Virus record (IMG/VR): IMGVR_UViG_3300034060_000074
From: a virus
Reading direction: 5' to 3' (one strand)
Length of the DNA stretch: 64,000 bases
Shown: positions 7,999-17,700 of the stretch, one piece after another
How the letters are laid out: each line of letters starts with the position of its first letter
Numbering within the stretch: the stretch's first letter is position 1
Program-made: the position numbers and the translations under genes
Notes under the pieces: generated by a model
What the model was told of the DNA's origin: nothing
Databases searched by the model: none
Seen by the model: only the letters and a program-made list of their open reading frames with translations

Positions 7999-8367
7999 TT
8001 AGTAGGGCTGATAGGATTTCTCCTCTACAAAGTCAGACCCATACTTAATATTAATTTCTTTTTTAATATATGCTCGCTTGTCATTCAATCTATAAACAGA
8101 TCTAGCTAGGTCAACAAACTCTTCTCCAAAACTACTAGATCTTTCAAAGTCTCTTAGAAGATCTTCCACCTTCCAGAGAAACTGGTTCACCTTAAGAAGT
8201 TCATCAGTCATAGGATCATGTAATATCTCAGGATCTATCACTGTGTTTAGGTAGTTTTTTTCCTTGAAAACATTAACCAATTTGTCTTTGTCCTTTATGT
8301 TCAAAGCTTTGATAGATAATATTGTCCATTTATCTACCACTTCTCCTATAGAAACTTCTATTTGCAT
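7999..8367 (-). CDS. DUF6165-family protein (probable start MQIEVSIGE at 8367)
   Basis: IEVSIGEVVDKWTILSIK...LWKVED..R...F..LARSVY..ND.RA.IK.EIN..YGS..VEEKSY pattern. Confidence 0.75.
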   Translation of the reverse strand: MQIEVSIGEVVDKWTILSIKALNIKDKDKLVNVFKEKNYLNTVIDPEILHDPMTDELLKVNQFLWKVEDLLRDFERSSSFGEEFVDLARSVYRLNDKRAYIKKEINIKYGSDFVEEKSYQPY

Positions 8368-8377
8368 ACTAAAAATG

Positions 8378-8408
8378 TTTGATATTCCACGCAAATATAC
8401 TAATTTTG
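8378..8408. promoter_or_regulatory. Back-to-back divergent Bacteroidota-type promoters
   Basis: Plus strand TTTG (8378-8381), 19 nt, TAATTTTG (8401-8408); minus strand TATATTTG (8392-8399), inside the 58-nt gap between divergent genes. Confidence 0.65.
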
Positions 8409-8425
8409 TTGTAAATACAATTAAT

Positions 8426-11400
8426 ATGCCCAACAGTTATACATATTTTAAGGAAGAAGTCAAGGAATGGTTCAAGAATAATGTTCCTGCTAGTACAAGA
8501 ATATTAGATATAGGCCCTGGACAAGGTACATATGGTAAGCTTTTAAGTGATATTGGGTATAGAGCTATAGATGCTGTTGAGGTGTGGGAACCCTACATTA
8601 GTGAGTATAAACTATGGGAGTATTATGGGATTATATACAACAATGATATACGTGAGTTTGATTGGTCTGAGTATGATTTTATCATCCTAGGTGATGTGTT
8701 AGAACATTTAACAGCTGAAGAAGGACAAAAGCTTATCAATGATATTGCCATGGCTAGGAAGCAATGTTTGGTTGCTATTCCATATATGATGGAGCAAGAT
8801 GGTGAGCAGTATGGTAATACATATGAAACCCACCTGCAGGCAGACCTTACAAAGGAAGTGATGGCAGAGCGTTACCCTACACTAGACTTGCTCTATGCAA
8901 ATGAGCATTATGGGTATTATGTAAGTAAGAAGGTGGTAGACAAAGCATTTGTACTCTATGCCACAGAAGCCTATTATGATATTGTGACAGCCTGTGTACA
9001 TTCTCTTACAACATTTAGTCAGTATCCTGTATTTGTTTACATGCTTAACTCTGACAAAAAGGTACCCAGAGCTACAACCATTAAATGGAACTGTGATATA
9101 GATCCAATAGAATACAACACCAAAGACCAGTTCTACATCAACAGGACAGATGATAGAATATATAACATCCTCATACAGCGTCCACTGATTGTTATAGACT
9201 GTCTAAAGTATGCTGACAGTGTGATGTATGTAGACAGTGACAGTGTTGCTACACCTTTTGTAGACAAAGTGTTTAATTATCCTGTCTCTGAGTATCCCCT
9301 GTTTACATCTAGTATCTATGACCAAATGTTTCTGAATGGAAAAGGAGATCTTGAGAAACATATATGTGAACTTCTAGCTATAAAGAGAGGCAGGTATATA
9401 CAAACAGGATACTTCCTAGCTAGTGTGAGCTGTCTGAAGTTCTTAAAGGAGTGGGCTAACATGTGTACTCATCCTACAATACTAAAAGACTTTAAGAAAT
9501 ACGCACCCTTCCATGAAGAAACTGTAGCCAATGCTGTACGCTGGAAGTATGAAATAGATCAGTCATTACCACTCATCTATACCAATGCTAGCTTGGATGT
9601 ACTAGAGAACATAGATAAATATGAGTTTGGTAAAGAACATTGGGAATGGTTTAAGCTACCTGATAGTAAGCATGAGTTGTTCTTTTACCATGGAGAGAAA
9701 CGACCAGATGTAATGTATAAGATGATTGATAGATTGAAAGGTAATAAAAGAGTGTTGTTCCTAGCTCCTCATCTATCTACAGGTGGTATGCCTGCGTTCC
9801 TATTAAAGAGAATACAAGAGATAAGCTACTGCACAGACATCTATGTAGTTGAGTACCAATGCCATAGCTTAGACTTTGTTGTACAGCGTAATGCAATCAA
9901 AGAGATTGTAGGATCTAACTTCACTACACTGTATGAGAACAAGATGGAACTGTTTGATATTATTGATAGCTGGAAGCCAGACATCATTCATCTGGATGAG
10001 CCTGCTGAGAGATATGACAGAGAGATGATTACTAAGTTGTATGATACAAACAGATCATACAAGATTGTAGAGACATTCCATGATGTAGCATTTAAGCCTG
10101 AAGAAAAAATCTTTCAGTCAGAAGCATATGCATTCTGTACACCATATCACCTCAATAAGTTTACCAACCTACAAGGTTATACAAAGGTGATTGAGTTTCC
10201 TATAGAGGATAAAAGGCCAGATGCTGTAGGTAAAATAATAGCTAAGAATATACTAGAGTTTGCTCCATTCAAGACCAGTGTTGTAAACATAGGACTATGG
10301 ACCCCAGGCAAGAATCAAGCAGAGGGAATAGAGATAGCTAAGAAGTACCCTCATATGGATTTCCATTTTGTAGGTAATCAAGCTGGTAACTTCAAAGACT
10401 ACTGGGAACCATTAATGAAAGACTTACCACCTAATGTAAAGATATGGGGAGAAAGAAATGATACATGGAAGTTTATGAGAGCTGCAGATATATTCATGTT
10501 CAACAGCACATGGGAATGCAACCCTCTTGTACTTAGAGAAGCAATCAGCTATGGTCTTCCTATCATAGCTAGAAACCTTCCTCAATATGAAGACATGTTT
10601 ACTAAGTATTTACAACCAATAGATACAGACTTAAACACTATACAAACTAACTATGAAGTACCTACAGAGAATACATTCAGACAAGACTACATAGACTTCT
10701 ACAACCACGTAGACTCTATTTCTTTACAGCCACAAGATGTAACCATCACACAACACTATGTTGTTAATCCATTCCTTGAGATAACAGGTGTGAGTGATAG
10801 TAATTTCAAGGTGGAATTCTATGATGAGCAGGGAGCGTGTCACTACAGTAGTGTGATCAAAACCAACCAGTGGGTAAAGCTAGATAGAAGCTATTACACT
10901 AAATGGAGAAGTAAGATATGGCAGGATGATGTTCTTATACATGACTACACATTAGACTATACAGACAAGACTGTCTTCATCTACTTTGATAGTGAGAGTC
11001 TTGGAGATACAATTGCATGGATACCATACTGTTTAGAGTTTAAGAAGAAGCACAACTGTCATGTTGTTGTTAGCACATATAAAAACTTCTTGTTTGAGAA
11101 AGCATATCCAGAGCTTGAGTTTGTTGCACCTGGAACACCTGTCAATGCTTATGGAGAATACATAATAGGTTGGAGATATAATAAAGACCAAGAGCCTGAG
11201 TTGTGTAACACTATACCTCTACAGAAAGCAGCTGCTAATATACTTGGACTACCATATAGAGAAATAAGACCTAGGTTTGCTTATACACCTGTGGAGTTTG
11301 AAGACAAGAGTAAGTATGTAACTATTGCTACAAACAGTACAACAGGATGTAAGTTTTGGACTAGAGAAGAGTGGCAGGAGTTAATTAACTATCTAGTGGA

Positions 11401-11803
11401 GAAAGGATACAAGGTGTATAATGTATCTAAAGAAAGAAATCCATTTGACAGATGTGTACAGATAGAAGATACATCAATGGATAACACCATTAATATGATT
11501 TGGAACAGTAAGTTCTTTATAGGACTATCTAGTGGATTAAGCTGGTTAGCTTGGATGATGGGTAAGCAAGTGGTGATGATATCTAACTTCACCAAAGCAG
11601 ACCATGAGTTTCAATCCAACTGTATAAGAATTACAGATGAAACTGTATGTCATGGCTGTTGGAACAATAAAAACTTCAAGTTTGATAGAGGAGACTGGAA
11701 CTGGTGCCCAATCTGGAAGGGTTATGACAGACAGTTTGAATGCCATAAAACCATCACAGCAGGTAAAGTTATAGCTTCCCTTCAGTCTTTAATTGCTCTC
11801 TAA
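8426..11803 (+). CDS. Four-domain enzyme: SAM methyltransferase + GT-A (DxD) + GT4-like + TibC/BAHT-like protein heptosyltransferase domain
   Basis: ILDIGPGQGTYG...ILGDVLEH (class I MTase); YVDSDS (DxD); FLAPHLSTGGMP...KNQ...ADIFMFNSTWECNPLVLREAISYGLPII (GT4); ESLGDTIAW...FIGLSSGLSWLAW...CHGCWN-C-C (TibC-like). Start moved to the MPNSY Met at 8426, just after the promoter. Confidence 0.8.
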   Translation: MPNSYTYFKEEVKEWFKNNVPASTRILDIGPGQGTYGKLLSDIGYRAIDAVEVWEPYISEYKLWEYYGIIYNNDIREFDWSEYDFIILGDVLEHLTAEEGQKLINDIAMARKQCLVAIPYMMEQDGEQYGNTYETHLQADLTKEVMAERYPTLDLLYANEHYGYYVSKKVVDKAFVLYATEAYYDIVTACVHSLTTFSQYPVFVYMLNSDKKVPRATTIKWNCDIDPIEYNTKDQFYINRTDDRIYNILIQRPLIVIDCLKYADSVMYVDSDSVATPFVDKVFNYPVSEYPLFTSSIYDQMFLNGKGDLEKHICELLAIKRGRYIQTGYFLASVSCLKFLKEWANMCTHPTILKDFKKYAPFHEETVANAVRWKYEIDQSLPLIYTNASLDVLENIDKYEFGKEHWEWFKLPDSKHELFFYHGEKRPDVMYKMIDRLKGNKRVLFLAPHLSTGGMPAFLLKRIQEISYCTDIYVVEYQCHSLDFVVQRNAIKEIVGSNFTTLYENKMELFDIIDSWKPDIIHLDEPAERYDREMITKLYDTNRSYKIVETFHDVAFKPEEKIFQSEAYAFCTPYHLNKFTNLQGYTKVIEFPIEDKRPDAVGKIIAKNILEFAPFKTSVVNIGLWTPGKNQAEGIEIAKKYPHMDFHFVGNQAGNFKDYWEPLMKDLPPNVKIWGERNDTWKFMRAADIFMFNSTWECNPLVLREAISYGLPIIARNLPQYEDMFTKYLQPIDTDLNTIQTNYEVPTENTFRQDYIDFYNHVDSISLQPQDVTITQHYVVNPFLEITGVSDSNFKVEFYDEQGACHYSSVIKTNQWVKLDRSYYTKWRSKIWQDDVLIHDYTLDYTDKTVFIYFDSESLGDTIAWIPYCLEFKKKHNCHVVVSTYKNFLFEKAYPELEFVAPGTPVNAYGEYIIGWRYNKDQEPELCNTIPLQKAAANILGLPYREIRPRFAYTPVEFEDKSKYVTIATNSTTGCKFWTREEWQELINYLVEKGYKVYNVSKERNPFDRCVQIEDTSMDNTINMIWNSKFFIGLSSGLSWLAWMMGKQVVMISNFTKADHEFQSNCIRITDETVCHGCWNNKNFKFDRGDWNWCPIWKGYDRQFECHKTITAGKVIASLQSLIAL

Positions 11804-12155
11804 TCTTTGTAGCAGAGATGTCACTTATTTCTTGAGGAGGAACATGTTCAACAACATCATATCCTACACCTCTACCAAAGTTAATAGACTCAATGTCAGG
11901 AATGATTATTAGTCTCACTTTGTTTTCTTCAATAAGATCTATTAGTTCTTCTGATAGATTCATCATTATTTGATATGCTGACCAAGGGTTCTTTTCATCT
12001 TGCTTAACATCTCGTACACATAGCAAGACCTTCTTTCCCTGGTTTAACTGTTGATCAATTAACCATCTGTGACCTTCGTGCCATGGTTGCCATCTTCCAA
12101 TGAACATAGCGTAGCCATCTGTCTTTCTATTTCCTTCAGCTAAAATATTCTGCAT
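11769..12155 (-). CDS. HxGH nucleotidyltransferase (cytidylyltransferase/NadM-like fold); possible minimal sulfate adenylyltransferase
   Basis: FIGRWQPWHEGH...NPWS...ISATKIRE motifs; coupled to the APS kinase gene. Confidence 0.7.
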   Translation of the reverse strand: MQNILAEGNRKTDGYAMFIGRWQPWHEGHRWLIDQQLNQGKKVLLCVRDVKQDEKNPWSAYQIMMNLSEELIDLIEENKVRLIIIPDIESINFGRGVGYDVVEHVPPQEISDISATKIREQLKTEGKL

Positions 12156-12574
12156 ATACGTTTGATTTGATCCACACTCTTCTCTATAGAAGTGTTAGAT
12201 GTATTAATAATTGAATCTATATTATCTCTATTTGGAACTTCAAAGTCTTCCACTTTAAATTGATCTCTACCTCTATCTTCTTCATATATAAGATAGATCC
12301 ACTTAACATCTCTAGTTAGACTGCTTAGATACTGTCTAGCTTCTTCATAAGGATACACTAGTGATAGAACAACATTGTGTCCTTTGTAGCTTAAATACTT
12401 TGCTATGTCACTAGCTCTGTTTAAGTTTTTAATCCTACCTTCTCTACTGTAGTCTTTGTTATTAAACATGTCTCTTAAGTCATCACCATCTATGTGGTGG
12501 AATCCCTCTGCCATAAACTTTTTAGCTAGGGTTGTCTTGCCTGATGCAGGCTGTCCAAAAATAACTATTATCAT
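12140..12574 (-). CDS. cysC: Adenylylsulfate (APS) kinase-like P-loop kinase
   Basis: GQPASGKTT P-loop, DGDDLR, DYSREGRIKNL and a late EVP motif typical of APS kinases; short (144 aa). Confidence 0.7.
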   Translation of the reverse strand: MIIVIFGQPASGKTTLAKKFMAEGFHHIDGDDLRDMFNNKDYSREGRIKNLNRASDIAKYLSYKGHNVVLSLVYPYEEARQYLSSLTRDVKWIYLIYEEDRGRDQFKVEDFEVPNRDNIDSIINTSNTSIEKSVDQIKRICRIF

Positions 12575-13389
12575 TTTGTATATCTAAATTGTTGAAAAAA
12601 CCATTGATAATTATCAAAGATCCAATTACTAACATCCTTACCTAATAAAGCTTTTGCTTTAGAGGGTACAGGTTCTAATCTAGTACGAATAGTATGGTCA
12701 CCAAAGCTTCCATACACTTCATCATCTTCTTTAGTTACTTGCTCTATGTTGTCCCAATCATGTTGGTAATATGGAATGCCTAAGTATTGATATATCCTTG
12801 TCATCTCTGTATCAGGATATAAACACAAGTCTTCAAATCTAACAAATAACATGTTCTTATCTGTACCCATTCTAAATATCTCTTGTAATCTTTCAATAGC
12901 AAGACCAACAGGTTGACTCTGTGCCCATATGTCTATACGTTTTGGAACTGTTGTTCCTTGCATCTGTGCCCAATTGAGAATAGCATTAGCCTTATCAGGA
13001 TTCTTTCTATAGTTGTTTTCCATAGAAGCAAAGATATCTCTAAGGTCCCTGACCATGCATATAATCTTTGGCTCTGGATGAATGAAGTTTAGGAAGTCAT
13101 AATGTATTCCCCATCCTCTACTCTTATCTACAACATATTTCTTATCTGTAATAGCATTGTAATAAGCAATCATTCCTTCTTTACAGAATGCTTGGAATGC
13201 AGCTTTCATCACCTGTGAGTCTTGAGCTTGAAACTCTGGACTGTCTGTGTAATTACCTCTAGCAGCAAACACCAATTCAAGAACACCACTAGTTGGTGTA
13301 GCATATACGTCTGGGTTTTGTGCTAATATGTTTTGTAACAATGTTGAACCTGCTCTTGGTAATGAGCTTTGATAGAATATATTTTCCAT
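12571..13389 (-). CDS. PAPS-dependent sulfotransferase
   Basis: SLPRAGSTLL (5'-PSB loop), RDLRDIFAS (3'-PB motif), VRFEDL. Confidence 0.88.
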   Translation of the reverse strand: MENIFYQSSLPRAGSTLLQNILAQNPDVYATPTSGVLELVFAARGNYTDSPEFQAQDSQVMKAAFQAFCKEGMIAYYNAITDKKYVVDKSRGWGIHYDFLNFIHPEPKIICMVRDLRDIFASMENNYRKNPDKANAILNWAQMQGTTVPKRIDIWAQSQPVGLAIERLQEIFRMGTDKNMLFVRFEDLCLYPDTEMTRIYQYLGIPYYQHDWDNIEQVTKEDDEVYGSFGDHTIRTRLEPVPSKAKALLGKDVSNWIFDNYQWFFQQFRYTK

Positions 13390-13390
13390 A

Positions 13391-14266
13391 TTAAGATTTT
13401 AAAGATGCAATAACTTGATCTACATTAAATATTTCTGTTTCATTGTTATATGGAAACTCTAATAGGTTTCCTGATATATCAAACTTCTGCAAGTATGCAT
13501 TACGTAACTCAGGCTTCTTGGTGAATGGATTACATACAATGTTATCATGTACATGATGTCCAAACACTTTAGGTTTGTTACACACCCAAAGGACTGTAGA
13601 AGGTTTATTCATAGCAGCAGCTGCGTGATGGCCAAAGCTATCCATAAACAATCTCTTACTACTAAGTTCTATAAGAACAGCTAGTGCTCTGAAGTTGTCT
13701 GTAACAGGAGTGGTGAAGTCATAACCAATCTGATCTTCTCTTCTTATGTGTACAATGTTATATTCATTTTTAAACTCCTCAATAACAGGACCTATAACAC
13801 ATGTAGGGATGTCTCTAGCCCATGAGTATTTCAACTCTTGTCCTGGAGCACCACCATTTGTTTGTAATAATAAAATAGGTTTGTCAGATGTAAACTTCTG
13901 ACCAAAGAATTTACGTTCTCTATCTGTAAGATAGAGCTTAGGTATGCTACTCTCAGGAGCGTCAATGCCAAACATCTTTGTCCATGTGAGACTCAAATGT
14001 TCATTCTGCATAAGATGTTCTGTCTGTATATATGGATCATGTCCAAACACTTTAAACTCTTTATCCTCTATAAAATCTTCATAGAAGTATTGTGTCATAC
14101 CAAAAGAAAATGAGCGATACACAAAGGGGTTGTTTATAAACACCTCTGGGTAACCGCTCATTACAATTAATTGACTATCAGGATATTGTGTATGAATTGC
14201 TTCACATACAGATGTGGCAAGTATACACTTACCTATACCACCATTGATTTGAAAAATGATATTCAT
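13391..14266 (-). CDS. GT9-like (heptosyltransferase-fold) glycosyltransferase
   Basis: GGIGKCILATSVCEAI N-terminus; LFMDSFGHHAAAAMNKPSTVLW matches the GT9 D(S/T)...H.A.A..KP...LW motif. Confidence 0.7.
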   Translation of the reverse strand: MNIIFQINGGIGKCILATSVCEAIHTQYPDSQLIVMSGYPEVFINNPFVYRSFSFGMTQYFYEDFIEDKEFKVFGHDPYIQTEHLMQNEHLSLTWTKMFGIDAPESSIPKLYLTDRERKFFGQKFTSDKPILLLQTNGGAPGQELKYSWARDIPTCVIGPVIEEFKNEYNIVHIRREDQIGYDFTTPVTDNFRALAVLIELSSKRLFMDSFGHHAAAAMNKPSTVLWVCNKPKVFGHHVHDNIVCNPFTKKPELRNAYLQKFDISGNLLEFPYNNETEIFNVDQVIASLKS

Positions 14267-14282
14267 AATTTAGCTTTATAAG

Positions 14283-14314
14283 CAAAGGTATACATTGCTT
14301 ATAATAAAACCAAA
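14283..14314 (-). promoter_or_regulatory. Bacteroidota RpoD-type promoter heading the GT9-sulfotransferase-kinase operon
   Basis: TTTG (14311-14314), 20 nt, TACCTTTG (14283-14290). Confidence 0.7.
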
Positions 14315-14324
14315 TTATTTAATA

Positions 14325-14702
14325 TTATTTTGCTGTAGTGGTAGTAGTGGTAGTTGTAGCAGGAGCACTAGTAGTTGTACTAGTTGTAGTTGTTGAATCT
14401 ACAAACACTGCTGCAGCTAATGCGTCTAATAAAGCTTGATCAAGATTAGCAGCTTCCACTCTAAATGATTGTGCATCTGGGCTATTAGGTAACCAGTCAC
14501 TAAACAAAGTGTTGAAGTTATTAATAGCATGATATGTCTTTGGACCTGTGTAGCCTACTGGCTTACCTGCCCATACGTTGTCTATCACTGCTTGTGCTTC
14601 TGCTTGTACATCTGCAATAGCTACCTGTACGTTTTGTGTGTCAGAAATTACCTGCACTGTACCAAAACCAAAAATGTGGATTGTATTCCATGCGTTTGCC
14701 AT
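14325..14702 (-). CDS. Hypothetical protein with a C-terminal poly-Thr tail
   Basis: Ends DSTTTTSTTTSAPATTTTTTTTAK; directly downstream of the giant fibre. Confidence 0.75.
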   Translation of the reverse strand: MANAWNTIHIFGFGTVQVISDTQNVQVAIADVQAEAQAVIDNVWAGKPVGYTGPKTYHAINNFNTLFSDWLPNSPDAQSFRVEAANLDQALLDALAAAVFVDSTTTTSTTTSAPATTTTTTTTAK

Positions 14703-14722
14703 AGTTGTTATTTTTTGTAAAG

Positions 14723-17700
14723 TTAAATTAAATTATTGTTTTTAAGTATATTTTCTATTATTTTTATTCTATCTTTTAAGCTATCATTCTCAGCTTTAAG
14801 TTCTTTGAAAGCGTTTACATAAGAAGCATATATGGCATCCTTCTCAAATTGTAGGATTGGACTACCACCTTGTTCAACTATCACCTCAAGACCATTCTCA
14901 TCCACTCTAGATAGTGGGTTTGTTTCCACTACACAAGACATTACTTGTTGTACTTCCTGTGCTATGAAACCATATTTCTTATGACATGATGTATCACCAT
15001 TCCAGCAATAGCTTACAGGCCTCAACTTAACAATATCATCTAGACCAAAGCAAGTATCTTGAATAGTATTCTTTCTTCTACAATCAGAAATACCACCACC
15101 CCATTGACACAAGTTATTTACAAATGTGTAGTTATTAGCTACACCTGGAATACAAGAACCAATAATGTGAGAGTTAGTTGTGCTATTACTACAGTTATAT
15201 GTACCACCTAAAATTGTTGACCAAGGAGAAGAAACATTTATTAAATTGCAACATCCACCCCCCATAAACGAACAATCAGCATATGTAAGATTACCATATC
15301 CGCCAACTACAACAGAGCGACAACCATTTGCTATATTATATAAACCACCACCTATTGTTGATTCATATCCTGATGCTGTGTTTCCTACACCACCCCCTAC
15401 AAAAGAAACATATCCTGATGCAGTATTTGAAGTGCCTCCTGTTATAGCACTTCTTGTATTTGAAGCAACGTTGTTTGTTCCGCCTGCAATTACTGACATA
15501 GCACCACCTATGGTATTGTTACTACCTCCTCCACCTATTGTAGAACAGTTAGCACTTGCAAAGTTAGAACTACCACCACCTACTGTTGAATTTATTCCTA
15601 ATGCACAGTTACTTGTACCTCCACCAACAAATGAACGACCACCTGTTGCTCTATTTACATAGCCACCTGAAACTGTTGAATAAGCTCCTGATGAACTATT
15701 ATTATAACCTCCTCCAACAAAAGCTCTTGGGCTTGTGGCACAGTTATCGCTACCACCTGCTGTTGTAGACCAAACACCTGATGAAATGTTTGCTTGACCA
15801 CCTCCAACAAATGAACAAGCTCCTGTAGCTGTGTTTGAAATACCACCTCCTACTGTTGAGCGATAAGCTGATGCTGTATTAGAACTACCTCCTCCAACAA
15901 CACTTGAATAACTACTTGATATATTAGAATTGCCTCCTCCAATAAAAGCAAAATAACAAGAAGCTGTATTATTACTACCGCCTACTACAGAACTTCTATA
16001 GAAATTGGCAGTATTTGTGAAACCTCCTCCTACAAATGACCAACCTCCTGATGCAATGTTATATCTTCCACTAAATGTTCCTGAACAACCTCCTGATGCA
16101 GTGTTTTGTAATGCACCACCTACAACAGAATGTCCTGATGATGCTATATTTAATTGTCCACCACTAACAGTAGCGTGTCCTGCTGATGCTATATTAGTAT
16201 TACCGCCTCCAATAGTTGAACAAGCCCCTGAAGCTGTATTTACAGCACCTCCTGCAATAGCAGATGTATCTCCTGAAGAAGTGTTTGAATTACCACTACC
16301 AATAAAACTTCTATATCCTGATGCTGTATGGTTACGACCACCAACTATTGTTGCCCAAGTAGTAGAAGCTGTATTTAAATAACCACCAACAACTATTGCA
16401 TATTCACCCCCACACGCTTTGTTACCATAACCACTACCAACAAATGAGAACGTAGTTGCAGCTAAATTACTTTGACCTCCTGCTACCACTGAAGCAACTC
16501 CTGATGATGTATTACCTTGACCTGAAGCATATGCAAACCCACCATTTGCAAGGTTGCCACACCCTCCTGATATTATGGAACAAGCTCCTGAAGCTATGTT
16601 ATATAAACCACTTCCTATAAATGAGTTACAACCACTTGCTGTACCTGAATCACCACCTGCAATTGCTGCGTATATTGCACTAGCTGTGTTACCATTACCA
16701 CTTCCAATAAATGCTCTAGCTCCAGAGGCAGTATTTACATTACCACCTGCTACTGTTGCGTGAGCTCCTGTTGCTCTATTCTGAAATCCTCCTCCAATAA
16801 AACTATACGCACCTGCTGCACTAAATGTTGGTGCCACTGTAAATGCACAAGCAGCAAGACTCCAAGTACCTCCTGATGTATTATTACCTACACCTCCACC
16901 TACTACAGCACCATAAGCTAAACAACCTGATGTTGCATTATATACATTATTGCAGTTACCACCACCAATAAATCCACCAAAAGCTGCAGCATAGTTTCTG
17001 CATCCTCCGCTAATAGCAGAACTTAAACCTAATGCTTGGTTTCCATAACCGCCGCTTACTGTAGAACCACCATTACCTGCTGCTTCATTACTTAATCCAC
17101 CTCCTATAGATGAATACGCACCTGATGCAGTATTTACTCTACCGCCTGCAATAGCAGCATTACTACAAGATGCAGTGTTGCAACAACCACCGCCTATTGC
17201 TGAATGTGCTCCTGAAGCTGTATTATTTCTTCCTCCTGCTACAGTAGAAAACCCTCCTGAAGCAGAATTATAATAACCGCCTCCAACAGAAGAGCAACCA
17301 CCACCTGCTGAAATACCATATCCACCACTAACTGTTGCATAAGCAGTTGTAGCTGAGTTTAGTCTACCACCACCAACAGTTGTCCAATATGAAGATGATG
17401 TATTACCACACCCACCACCTAAAAATGAACAAGCTCCTGAAGCTGTGTTACCTTGACCACCTGCTACTACTGATTTAGCTCCACTTGCTATATTAGAAAG
17501 TCCTGAACCAACAAATGAATTAGTTCCACTTGCTGTGTTTGTATCACCTCCTGCTATGGTACCATAACCTGCACTTACAGTGTTATTTGCACCACCACCA
17601 ATTGTTCCATGTATTACTGCTGAATTGTTTCTTCCACCTGATACTGTTGAATAAGTACCTGATGCAGTATTATTACATCCTCCTCCTGAAAATGAATAAT

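Noticed and set aside
8264-8425. ORF-track N-terminal extensions of the 1179-aa and 144-aa divergent genes
   Set aside because: They overlap each other and the divergent promoter boxes; starts at 8426 and 8367 fit better.
11769-12155. Calling the HxGH protein nadM or nadR
   Set aside because: The motif fits the fold, but the gene context points to sulfation; substrate left open.
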